Part shown: positions 41,251 to 53,706 of the stretch, piece after piece
Layout: the number at the start of each line of letters is the position of its first letter
Numbering within the stretch: position 1 is the stretch's first letter
Assembly: GCA_044344255.1 (NCBI GenBank)
Contig: JBIJDH010000001.1
Location: 384,001-448,000 of the forward strand
Source: Myxococcota bacterium
Lineage (GTDB): Bacteria > Myxococcota_A > UBA796 > UBA2385
Length of the DNA stretch: 64,000 bases
Direction of reading: 5' to 3'
The notes under the pieces: generated by a model
The model's database searches: none
What the model was told of the DNA's origin: nothing
The model's input: only the letters and a program-made list of their open reading frames with translations
Translations under genes and position numbers: made by a program

Positions 41251-42468
41251 TCAGTGGGCGGCCCACTCGATGCTCTTGAGGTCGATGCCCTCCTTCACCA
41301 TCTCGTAGAGGGGGCTCATCTCGCGCAGCCAGCGGACCTTGCGGACCACGAGCTCGAGGGCGAAGTCGATCTCCTCCTCAGTGGTGAAGCGCCCGAGGCC
41401 GAAGCGGATCGAGGTGTGGGCGAGCTCGACGTCGACGCCCATCGCGCGGAGCACGTAGCTGGGCTCGAGGCTGGCCGAGGTGCAGGCCGAGCCGCTCGAG
41501 CAGGCGATCTCCTTGATGCCCATCATCATCGCCTCGCCCTCGACATAGGCGAAGCTCACGTTGAGGTTGTTGGGGACCCGGTGCTCCCAGGAGCCGTTCA
41601 GGTAGAGCTCGTCGAGCTCGGCCTGCAGGCCGGCCCAGAGGCGGTCCCGCAGGGCGCGGACCTTCTCGATCGCCCCCGTCTCGAGGTCGAGGCGGGCGAG
41701 CTCCGCCGCCTTGCCGAGGCCCACGATCTGGTGGGTCGCGAGGGTGCCGGAGCGGAGGCCGCGCTCGTGCCCGCCGCCGTCGATCTGGGCGACGAGGCGG
41801 ATGCGGGGGCGACCGCGCCGGACGTAGAGGGCGCCGATCCCCTTGGGGCCGTACATCTTGTGGGCAGAGAGGCTGAGGAGGTCGATGTTGTCGCGGTTGA
41901 CGTCGACCGGGACCTTACCCACCGCCTGCACGCCGTCGCAGTGGAAGATGACCCCCTTCTCCCGACAGAGGGCGCCGATCTGCCGGATGGGCTGCACCAC
42001 GCCCGTCTCGTTGTTGGCGTACATGACGCTCACGAGCACAGTGTCGGGGCGGATGGCGGCGGCGAGCTCGGAGAGCTGGATGAGGCCTTCGGCGTCAACA
42101 CCGAGGTAGGTGACCGTCCATCCGTCACGCTCGAGGGCGTGGCAGGAGTCGAGCACCGCCTTGTGCTCGGTGGCCACGGTGATGAGGTGGCGCCCCTTGT
42201 CGACGTACTGCTCGGCCACGCCCTTGATCGCGAGGTTGTTCGACTCGGTGGCCCCGCTCGTGAAGACGATCTCCTTGGCGGTGGCGCCGATCAGGGCCGC
42301 CACCTGCTCGCGGGCGACCTCGGTGGCCTCCTTGGCCTCCCAGCCGAAGCTGTGGTTCCGGCTCGCCGGGTTGCCGAACTTCTCGGTGAGGTAGGGGATC
42401 ATGTCGGCCACCACCGCCGGATCGCAGGGGGTGGTGGCGTGGTTGTCGAGGTAGACGGGGAGCTTCAT
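41251..42468 (-). CDS. iscS: Cysteine desulfurase IscS
   Basis: [42 protein letters not shown]-terminal IEWAAH. Confidence 0.98.
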   Translation of the reverse strand: MKLPVYLDNHATTPCDPAVVADMIPYLTEKFGNPASRNHSFGWEAKEATEVAREQVAALIGATAKEIVFTSGATESNNLAIKGVAEQYVDKGRHLITVATEHKAVLDSCHALERDGWTVTYLGVDAEGLIQLSELAAAIRPDTVLVSVMYANNETGVVQPIRQIGALCREKGVIFHCDGVQAVGKVPVDVNRDNIDLLSLSAHKMYGPKGIGALYVRRGRPRIRLVAQIDGGGHERGLRSGTLATHQIVGLGKAAELARLDLETGAIEKVRALRDRLWAGLQAELDELYLNGSWEHRVPNNLNVSFAYVEGEAMMMGIKEIACSSGSACTSASLEPSYVLRAMGVDVELAHTSIRFGLGRFTTEEEIDFALELVVRKVRWLREMSPLYEMVKEGIDLKSIEWAAH

Positions 42469-42501
42469 CGGCGATTCCTTTGGCCCGGCGAGGGGCGGGC
42501 T

Positions 42502-43056
42502 TCAAGCAGGGGGGCCAACCGGGGCCAGGCCCGTGGCGGCGGCCGGCGCATCGTGCACCCCGGCGACGAGCGGCGGCGGCACCTCGCCCTTCCGCTCGGT
42601 GTCGGCGCAGGAGGGGCAGGCGCTGCGGGGCGTCTGGGGGGCGCAGCTCTGACAGGTGTGGAGGTAGGCGAGGCTGTTTCGGAGCTCGGACTCGAGCGAC
42701 TGGAGCCGCTGGATGGTCGAGCGGGTCTCGATCAGCTTCTTCGCGTAGAAGGCGCGGAGCTGATCCATCGCCACCGGGCCCGAGGCCTCCGCGCGGAGCG
42801 TGGAGAGGAAGTCGCGGATCTCGGCGAGGGAGAAGCCGAGCTCCTGGAGGCGATCGATCCAGTGGATGCGCACGAGCGCGTTCTCTTCGTACTCTCGGAA
42901 GCCGCCGCGGGTGCGCTGGACGGGCTCGAGCAGGCCGAGCTCCTCGTAGAAACGGATGGCTCGGACCGTCTTGCCGCTGCGCTCCGCGAGCTCACCGACG
43001 CGGATGAGGGCGCAGGTGGGGGCGATCTCGACAGGGCTCTGGGGCGTCGCGGACAT
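42502..43056 (-). CDS. MerR family transcriptional regulator with C-terminal CxxC-x8-CxxC
   Basis: RVGELAERSG, AIRFYEELGLL, GGFREY, LGFSLAEI; HTCQSCAPQTPRSACPSC. Confidence 0.92.
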   Translation of the reverse strand: MSATPQSPVEIAPTCALIRVGELAERSGKTVRAIRFYEELGLLEPVQRTRGGFREYEENALVRIHWIDRLQELGFSLAEIRDFLSTLRAEASGPVAMDQLRAFYAKKLIETRSTIQRLQSLESELRNSLAYLHTCQSCAPQTPRSACPSCADTERKGEVPPPLVAGVHDAPAAATGLAPVGPPA

Positions 43057-43062
43057 GGACCC

Positions 43063-43092
43063 ACGATAACCCAACCCTGACGTATGCGTAAG
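43063..43092 (-). promoter_or_regulatory. Candidate MerR-type operator dyad and -10 box
   Basis: Imperfect palindrome CTGACGTATGCGTAAG (43077-43092, 12/16 symmetric); minus-strand TATCGT at 43063-43068, 6 nt before ATG. Confidence 0.5.
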
Positions 43093-43128
43093 CTTCATGG
43101 GCGCAAAAACCTTCCGCATGCGGCAGGT

Positions 43129-45438
43129 TCACCGAGACTTCGCCTTCCGACTCGCCTTTGCCTCCTGCTTCGCCTGCAGCTTCGCCTCCAGCAGCCGCTC
43201 GTCGAAGCGCGCGCGGATCCGCTCCGGGGGCGGTCGGGGGCGCCAAGGGGCGCGCTGAAGGGGGCGCCAGCCCGTCTCGGCTCGCCAGGCGCGGACGGCG
43301 AGGTCGCGGCCGTCCGTGCTCACCTCAATCGTGCCGTCCCGATCCGTACGCGCGAGGGGCACGCCGGCCCAGCGCGCCCAAGCGGCGGGGCGCGGGTGAT
43401 CGTAGCGGTTCTGCTCGCCGCAAGAGACCACCGCGAGGGAGGGTGAGAGCGCCTCGACGAGGGCCCGCGAGGAGGAGGTGTGGCTGCCGTGGTGCGGCAC
43501 CTTGACCACGTCGGCCCGCGACAGCCGGCCCACCAGGGCGGCCTCGCCCGCCGCCTCGATGTCACCGGTGAACAAGAAGCTCCGCTGCCCGAAGACCACG
43601 CGCAACACGAGGCTCTCGTCGTTGACGCGGCTCTTCTTCGGCGCGCGCCAGCCTCCGAGCGGGTGGAGCACCTGGAGGCCCGGGCTGTCCGGCCCTCGGT
43701 AGGGCACGCCGCGGGCGTAGAGGGCCTGCCAGAGCGTGAGATAATCCACCTCTCCGACCTCCGGCGGCCGCGGCGCCCAGAGCTCGCCGACCGGCAGCGC
43801 CAGGGCGACGGGGAGGAGCCCGAGGAGGTGGTCGGGGTGCGGGTGCGAGAGGATGAGCCGGTCGATACGCCGGAGCCCCTCGCGGCGGAGGGCGCGGAGG
43901 AGGCCCTCGCCCCCCGGGCCGCCGTCGATGAGCCAGGCCTCCCCCGAGGGCCAGCGGAGGAGGGTGGCGTCCCCTTGTCCGATGGCCAGGAAGGTGACCC
44001 GCAGGCGCCCCGGCGGGCCGGGCAGCGGCGCCAGCGCGAGCGCCACCAACAGCAGAGACAGCGTCGGGCGCTTGATCGTCAGGCAGGCGAGCGCGAGGAG
44101 GAGGGCCCCCCACGGCCCGGTCGCCGGCGCCCACGGCTCGACGTCGATGGCGTGGAGCAGCGAGATGGAGAGGTCGGCCGAGGCGTCCGCCAAGGCGAGG
44201 GAGAGCAGCCCGAGGGCGCCGGGCAGCGCGACCGCGAGCAGCGCGCCGACCACCGACAGCCCGCCGAGCAGCGGCCCGGCCAGCAGGTTGGCGAGGCCCG
44301 ACAGCGGAGAGAGCTGCTGAAAGAGCCAGGCCGTGATCGGGAGCGTGCCCGCCGTCGCGCCCACCGTGGTCGCGAGGCCGGTGACCAGCCAACGGAGCGC
44401 GCGCGGCACATCGGGGGGCAGCGCCCGCGTGACGCGGGGGCTCACGAGCAGCATCCCGCAGATCGCCCCGAAAGACAGGAGGAAGCTCGGCTCGGCCACC
44501 TGCGCCGGATCGAGCAGGACGACCGCGCAGGCCGCGAAGCCGAGGAGGTTCCAGGGCCGCGGGCGACGACCGAGCACCACGGAACCACCCGCGAGGGCGA
44601 CCATCCAGGCCGCCCGCCGCGCCGGGACGGGGGCGCCCACGAGCTCGGTGTAGGCCCAGGCGCTGCAGAGCGCGGCGAGCGCCGGCACGATGCGGGCCCA
44701 GCGGGGCCCCCGCCAAGCGAAGACGGGCCGGACCAGCACCGCGACCAGGAGGTGGACGAGGCCGGCGACGAGGGCGATGTGCTGGCCGCTGATCGAGAGG
44801 AGGTGGAAGGTCCCGGTGCGCCGGAGCAAGGTCGAGGTGGCCTCTGGAACGCCGCGGCGATCACCTAAGGCCATGGCCCGGAGGAGACCGCCGTGCTCGG
44901 CGAGGTCGAAGACGTCGTGAACGGCGGGGGCGTCTCCGTCAAGGCGGAGCCAGCTCCGCACGAGGCGCGGCGCGGCGTGCGCTCGGAGGCGGTTGGCCGG
45001 GGCGTCCGGCTCCCCGGGGAGCAGGACCGACGGCCGCTGCGGCTCGGTGTAGGCGGCGATGCGCGCGCCGACGGCCGGCAGCTCCTCCGGGAAGCGGAGG
45101 CGCAGCCGCCCCGAGTCCGCCTGCACCACCGCCTCGATGCCCACCTGATCGACCACCACGCCCGAGATCGACGCCCGCAGCCCGAGCGCGGGCGGCTCGG
45201 GGAGGGCCGCCGGGGCCGCCACGCCCAGCAGCAGGGCCCCGACGAGCAGGGCCAGCCGCGCGCCGCGACCGCCGGGCTCCCAGAGGGCGAGCAGGCCCAT
45301 CGCCGCCACCCCGCAGGCGAGCTCGGGCCACGCTGGCATCCAGGAGGGCCAGCTCCAGGCTCCCAGCGAGACCGCGAGGCCCGCCCACGCGAAGGGGTCA
45401 CGAAGGGGCTCCGGGGCGGTGGGCGGCGGGGTCGACAT
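43129..45438 (-). CDS. comEC: ComEC/Rec2 competence protein
   Basis: GTFHLLSISGQH, SFLLSF, IGQGDA, SHPHPDH, LFTGDIE, KVPHHGS, RTDRDG. Confidence 0.93.
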   Translation of the reverse strand: MSTPPPTAPEPLRDPFAWAGLAVSLGAWSWPSWMPAWPELACGVAAMGLLALWEPGGRGARLALLVGALLLGVAAPAALPEPPALGLRASISGVVVDQVGIEAVVQADSGRLRLRFPEELPAVGARIAAYTEPQRPSVLLPGEPDAPANRLRAHAAPRLVRSWLRLDGDAPAVHDVFDLAEHGGLLRAMALGDRRGVPEATSTLLRRTGTFHLLSISGQHIALVAGLVHLLVAVLVRPVFAWRGPRWARIVPALAALCSAWAYTELVGAPVPARRAAWMVALAGGSVVLGRRPRPWNLLGFAACAVVLLDPAQVAEPSFLLSFGAICGMLLVSPRVTRALPPDVPRALRWLVTGLATTVGATAGTLPITAWLFQQLSPLSGLANLLAGPLLGGLSVVGALLAVALPGALGLLSLALADASADLSISLLHAIDVEPWAPATGPWGALLLALACLTIKRPTLSLLLVALALAPLPGPPGRLRVTFLAIGQGDATLLRWPSGEAWLIDGGPGGEGLLRALRREGLRRIDRLILSHPHPDHLLGLLPVALALPVGELWAPRPPEVGEVDYLTLWQALYARGVPYRGPDSPGLQVLHPLGGWRAPKKSRVNDESLVLRVVFGQRSFLFTGDIEAAGEAALVGRLSRADVVKVPHHGSHTSSSRALVEALSPSLAVVSCGEQNRYDHPRPAAWARWAGVPLARTDRDGTIEVSTDGRDLAVRAWRAETGWRPLQRAPWRPRPPPERIRARFDERLLEAKLQAKQEAKASRKAKSR

Positions 45439-45582
45439 GGGCCGACCGCTCGAGCAAGGACCGTACCTCTCACAAGCACCCGAAACTACGACAGGAGGGG
45501 GGTGCCAGGGTGCCGGATCGCCGCACACCCCCGGCATCGAAATTCGACACCCCCGAGGCGTCCAGCCCCTCCCCTCGCGGGC

Positions 45583-46836
45583 CTACAGGGCGGCGCAGGC
45601 CTCGACGGCGGCGGGATCGTCCACCCCCGAGAAGCCGAAGCCGCTCCAGCGGTAGACCTTGCGGGTGCGCAGCGGGGTCGCCGGATCGGGACGAAGGAAG
45701 CTGTCTCCTCGGTGGATCACACACAGGAAGGACTGACCGCCCACCTCGATGACCTTGCCGGCGACGATCGGGCGGCTCAAGGCCGATCCCCGCCAGAGGT
45801 CAACGAAGCCCGCCTCCGTCGCCTGAAAGACATAGGGTCGCAGGTCATTTTGACCGTCGATGTCGGAGTAGTGGGGGTGCAATGCGAAGAAGGCGTCGGG
45901 CCCCGCCGCCGGCAAGGGCTCGACGGTGAGGAAGTGGTCCCGCCAGACGTGGGCCTCCCAGCGGCGGTCTACTGGCGGGGGCTCGACGCGGCAGGCGGGC
46001 CCCGACGGACCCTGAAACACCGGGAAGGTGCTGTGGGCCGACCGCTCCGTCCGTTCGGGGGCGCAGACGACGGCCTCCCCGTCCGGGCAGCAGCGGAGGC
46101 TCTCCCCCACCCAGGTCTGTGGCAGCCGCTGGTCGAAGAGGTGGTTGCCGAGGCCGGTCCAGTCGGCGCCGGCCGCGGTGCAGCGAGAGGGTTGGACGAC
46201 GTGGGCGTGGCTGCCGATCACGAAGGTGGCACCCCAGGCGAAGAAGCGCTCGGTCCAGCGCTCCTGGCCGGGGGCGTAGCCCCGGGCGCCCTCGATCCCC
46301 CAGTGGGGCATCACCACCACCCAAGGGGTCTCGGCGCGGGCGCGGAGCAGGGCGACCCGGGTGCGCTCCAGAGCGAGCTCCAGCCCGGGGCGGTCCACCG
46401 TGTTGACGACGACGAAGGCCCAGCGGCGGCCCGCGACGTCGAGGAAGACCGGGCCCTCCTCTTCGGTGAGCGCCTGGACACCCCCCTGGGCGAGGGCCGC
46501 GCGGGTCGCGGCGTAGCCCGCCTCCCCAAAGTCGTGGCTGTGGTTGTTGGCCAGCGAGACGGCCACAAAGGGGGGCTGGGACAGCCAGCCGAGGGTCTCC
46601 GGCTCGACGCCGATGCAGACGCGGTCGCCTTCATCACAGGCCCCACCGCCGCGGAGCCCCCCCTCCAGGTTGCCCACCCAGACGTCCCCCTGGGGGGCCC
46701 CGGCCCAGGGGTTCAAGCCCCGCGCGCGCGCCTCGTCCGCCACCCCTCGGCCGAGCATCATGTCACCGACGAAGCGCAGGCAGGCCTCCTCACCCCGCGC
46801 GGCGGTCATGAACAGCAGAGGGAAGAGCCCGATCAC
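45583..46836 (-). CDS. CapA family (metallophosphoesterase fold) protein with extra C-terminal domain
   Basis: FVGDMMLGR, GNLEG, SLANNHSHDFG, MPHWG, GSHAHVVQ, GLGN; GTGA overlap with upstream gene. Confidence 0.88.
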   Translation of the reverse strand: MIGLFPLLFMTAARGEEACLRFVGDMMLGRGVADEARARGLNPWAGAPQGDVWVGNLEGGLRGGGACDEGDRVCIGVEPETLGWLSQPPFVAVSLANNHSHDFGEAGYAATRAALAQGGVQALTEEEGPVFLDVAGRRWAFVVVNTVDRPGLELALERTRVALLRARAETPWVVVMPHWGIEGARGYAPGQERWTERFFAWGATFVIGSHAHVVQPSRCTAAGADWTGLGNHLFDQRLPQTWVGESLRCCPDGEAVVCAPERTERSAHSTFPVFQGPSGPACRVEPPPVDRRWEAHVWRDHFLTVEPLPAAGPDAFFALHPHYSDIDGQNDLRPYVFQATEAGFVDLWRGSALSRPIVAGKVIEVGGQSFLCVIHRGDSFLRPDPATPLRTRKVYRWSGFGFSGVDDPAAVEACAAL

Positions 46837-49661
46837 CGAGCGGGGACCGTCCACGCGGGGCGCTCGGCGGTCTCGACCTGCTCCCGCCACCAGGCGTCGT
46901 CCCGAGGCTGGGACGAGACCACCTCGTAGTAGCTGTAGGTCGCCCCTGCGCCCGGCAACAGGAGGCCGCGATCGCCCAGCAGGACCGTGGTGCGGAGCGG
47001 CTGGCCCACCGCGGCGTGCCAGACCCAATCGCCGTAGGTGGGCGTGGACCAGGTGTGGATGTCGACGATCTTGGCCATCGGCTCGGGCTCGACGAGCTCA
47101 TCGCTGGCGGCCGCGGCGGACTTCAGCACGCGGTATGGATGCTCGATCACCCCCGCATACCAGGCGATGAAGGCGTAGTCCTCGCGGCTGAGTGGCTCGC
47201 CTGCGATCTGCCGCTCGGCCGCTCGACCCAAGCGTCGTGACGAGGTGGAGGCCTCCCGGAGCACCTCGGCCAGCCGATCTTCGGTCGGGCTCCGCTCGGC
47301 CTCCTTTGCGAGGAGGGCCAGGAGATCGGCCACCTTGTCCCACGCCCGCGGCAAGGGATCGACCACGTGGGTCGAGGGCTCGAAGGAGAGCCGCTCAAAG
47401 GCCGCGTCGCCGCCCTCTCCCGCCTCGGCCCCGGAGGCCTCGGAGACGAGGACGACGGTGTGCCGGAAGCTCGTCCAGCTCGCGAGCGCTGACTCCATCA
47501 GCCGGCGCTGCCAGCGGTGCGGGTCGACCTGCTCCGGGGCGACACCCACGGCGCCGAGGGCGCCCACGACGCCCAGCCATTGGGCCGGCAGACGCGGGTC
47601 CGCGACGCCGGGGATCGCGAGCCGGCCGACGTCATCCTGGACGCGGGCGAGGGTCGGAAAGGCGGCGCCGCGGGCGGGCGCACCCTCGTTCGGAAAATCC
47701 TCTCCCTTCGCCACGAAGGGCGGGACATACCCCTCCCCGAGGATGGCGCGGGCCTCAGCGCTCCCCAGGCTGGCGAGGAGGTCGAGGCCGGAGGGGAAGA
47801 TGCGCTGCGGGACACCACACTGGGGGGGCGAGCGGTCATGGGCGACGCCGCGGTCGAGGATCTCGCTGTCCCATCCCCAGGAGAGCGGGAAGACCCGGAA
47901 GGGGTTGGCCTGGGTGGTGAGGGGCAGGCAGGGCGGCCGCACGTAGGTCGGCAGCGAGGCGCCCCCGTCGAAGAGGCCTTGGTAGCGGGAGCCTGAGAGG
48001 AAGGGCTGCTGGGTCTCCACCCAGGCCTTCCAGGGGCCGACCAGCGCCGGCTGCCGCGACAGCTTCTTTCGCTCCGCCGCGCTCAACGACAGCGCGTTGA
48101 TGTACTTGAAGGCTCGGAAGTAATCCTGGAGCTGGGGATCGGTGGCGTAGGGCCCGCGGGGGTGGAAGTCCGCGAAGTTGATGTCTGTGCCGTGGAGCTC
48201 GCTCTTCGCCGAGACCTCTGCCCGCACAAGCTTGCCCTCGGCGCTGCTGTAGTCACCCTTCAGGAGCTGGGCGGTCACCTCGGCCACCCGGCTCACCCGG
48301 GGCACCCGCTGGCGGTCCGCGGTCTCCTGCAGCGCGACCAGGAAGGCGGCGAGGCGGGGGCGGGACAGGTCACGCTCGATCCGCACGAAGACCGCCTCGA
48401 AGCCGGCGTGCAGCACCTCGAGCATGCCGTCGATGCTCGCGAAAACCGGTGTATCCCGACCCGAATACGCGATCTCGTCGTAGGGCCCATAGAGCTGATT
48501 GGCCTGGCTGCGCGAGACGGTGATGCCGTACTTCGCGAGCTCCGCCGCGGGTTCGACGTCGACCTGGGCGCGGGCGAGGAAGCGCACCGGGGCGAAGGGG
48601 AGGCCGACGGTCCCGGTGACGAGCCGCCCCGGCACCACCCCCACGAAGGCGCGGCCGTTGGCGGCGATGGCCGGCGGTCGGGTGAAGCCGCGATCGACCG
48701 CGATCCGACCGACAGGCTCCCCCTCCGGACCCAGGAAGCCGAGGCCCGCCTCTCCACCCGACCAGCTCATCTGGTACCAGCCGTTCGGGTGGGCCCCCAG
48801 GCTCCCCTTGGGCAGCGGCACGCTCTCTTCGTCCCAGTTGAGCTCCCCGTAGCGGAGGAGCCCGCTCCGCGCCCCGTCTGTCCAGGTGAGCGCGCCGGTC
48901 ATGGGGTGGACGGAGACCGGCCAGGCGCTCGGGAGCTTCACCACCGCGGGTGGGAGGGAGTCCTCGGTCTCCACGAGGAGGGCCTTGTCGGTGAAAGGAC
49001 CGGGCTCGCCGCTCGGCGAGGTGACCTCATAGGCCCGGCCGCCCGCGCCGGTGACGCTCACGATCTGCCAGGCCCCGCCCTGCAGCGCCCTGCCCATGAA
49101 GATCCGCTCCACCTCGTTGTACGCGACGAAGGGCACGACCAGACCGCGGAGGGCCCTCTCGGACTGGAGCACGAGGCCACCCGGCCTCCAGGCGTCACCC
49201 TGGAGCATGCCCCGCTCGACGCGCGCTCGGCCCCCGTCCGCCAGGAGCAGGTAGAACGCGGCGTCGAAGGGGGAGATCCCGATCTCCCGCACCTCGCCCT
49301 TCGGCATGCCCGTGACCGGGACGAGCGCCCCCGCGAAGGACCATGTGTAGAGGCGGGTGCCCTTACCCTCCGCGAGCACGACCAGCGCGCGACTCCCGTC
49401 GGCCTGCACCTCCACGTCGAGCACGGCGGCCCCCGCCGGGAGGTCGACCGCACGATCGACAGGCACCAGGCCGAGCTTGAGCAGCGGGAAGGACAGGGCG
49501 GCCTGGGGCTGGGGCGCCACGTCGTCGCCCGCCCGCGCCGCGCGGTCAGAGACGCAGAGGGCCAGCGCAACGAGGCACGCGGCCCCCACCCACGAGCCCA
49601 GCGCGCGTTTCGCTCGTTGGAGCCCATCGCGGAGCGGATCTTGAACGGACGCGTGACGCAT
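46833..49661 (-). CDS. DUF3160-like exported protein with N-terminal beta-rich region
   Basis: PRGPY, LQDYFRAF, PSGLDL, ALASWTSFRH, GATYSYYE, RPAW. Start uncertain. Confidence 0.75.
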   Translation of the reverse strand: MRHASVQDPLRDGLQRAKRALGSWVGAACLVALALCVSDRAARAGDDVAPQPQAALSFPLLKLGLVPVDRAVDLPAGAAVLDVEVQADGSRALVVLAEGKGTRLYTWSFAGALVPVTGMPKGEVREIGISPFDAAFYLLLADGGRARVERGMLQGDAWRPGGLVLQSERALRGLVVPFVAYNEVERIFMGRALQGGAWQIVSVTGAGGRAYEVTSPSGEPGPFTDKALLVETEDSLPPAVVKLPSAWPVSVHPMTGALTWTDGARSGLLRYGELNWDEESVPLPKGSLGAHPNGWYQMSWSGGEAGLGFLGPEGEPVGRIAVDRGFTRPPAIAANGRAFVGVVPGRLVTGTVGLPFAPVRFLARAQVDVEPAAELAKYGITVSRSQANQLYGPYDEIAYSGRDTPVFASIDGMLEVLHAGFEAVFVRIERDLSRPRLAAFLVALQETADRQRVPRVSRVAEVTAQLLKGDYSSAEGKLVRAEVSAKSELHGTDINFADFHPRGPYATDPQLQDYFRAFKYINALSLSAAERKKLSRQPALVGPWKAWVETQQPFLSGSRYQGLFDGGASLPTYVRPPCLPLTTQANPFRVFPLSWGWDSEILDRGVAHDRSPPQCGVPQRIFPSGLDLLASLGSAEARAILGEGYVPPFVAKGEDFPNEGAPARGAAFPTLARVQDDVGRLAIPGVADPRLPAQWLGVVGALGAVGVAPEQVDPHRWQRRLMESALASWTSFRHTVVLVSEASGAEAGEGGDAAFERLSFEPSTHVVDPLPRAWDKVADLLALLAKEAERSPTEDRLAEVLREASTSSRRLGRAAERQIAGEPLSREDYAFIAWYAGVIEHPYRVLKSAAAASDELVEPEPMAKIVDIHTWSTPTYGDWVWHAAVGQPLRTTVLLGDRGLLLPGAGATYSYYEVVSSQPRDDAWWREQVETAERPAWTVPAR

Positions 49662-49785
49662 GGACCACCCCGGCCGGATCGGCCTCTGGCCATGGTTTAG
49701 CCCGGCGGAGCGCACCGCGAGGACGCAGAGACCGATAGCGCCCCCCGGCTCGTCGCCCGCCCTCGAACCAGCCCCGCACGGACGC

Positions 49786-53151
<3,366 letters not shown>

Positions 53152-53213
53152 GAAGACCCGCTCGACGCCTTGATCACCGGCGAGCTCCGCGCTCGACTCG
53201 AGGCGCGCTCCGC

Positions 53214-53702
53214 TCAGGCGGAGGGCTCGTAGGTGGCGGTCACCTCGCCGGACTCGTAGCCAGAGTCGTCGGTGAGCCTCACCTTCGCCTCGTAAGCATA
53301 GTTCGGGTTGCCGCCGTCGAAGAGCACCTTGACCTGCCCCTCTTCGATCCGCGCCGTGCCCGCGTCGCCGGTGATGGGCTCGTCACCGTCGTAGACGACC
53401 TCGCCGTCGGCCTTCATGCGGATGTAGATGCTCCCGCCGACGATGTTGTCATCCGGATCTTCGTAGGCCGCGCGCAGCTCGACCCCCCAGCCGGTCGGCG
53501 AATTGGGGAAGTCGACGATGACCACCTGCAGATCGGTCACCTCCGGGGCGGTGCTCTCCGCGCCGCCCCCGTCGTCGCCCCCGCCGTCATCGACGCCGGA
53601 GGAACCATTGGCGCCGAAGCCACCTTCATCCTCTTTTCCCGCGCAGGCCACGAGCAAGAGGAGGGGGGCAACCAAGCGGAGCAGGCCGGGAGCACGGGGC
53701 AT
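53214..53702 (-). CDS. Hypothetical lipoprotein with Ig-like beta domain
   Basis: LLLLVAC lipobox; Gly/Asp linker; YEDPDDNI...GG. Confidence 0.75.
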   Translation of the reverse strand: MPRAPGLLRLVAPLLLLVACAGKEDEGGFGANGSSGVDDGGGDDGGGAESTAPEVTDLQVVIVDFPNSPTGWGVELRAAYEDPDDNIVGGSIYIRMKADGEVVYDGDEPITGDAGTARIEEGQVKVLFDGGNPNYAYEAKVRLTDDSGYESGEVTATYEPSA

Positions 53703-53706
53703 GATC

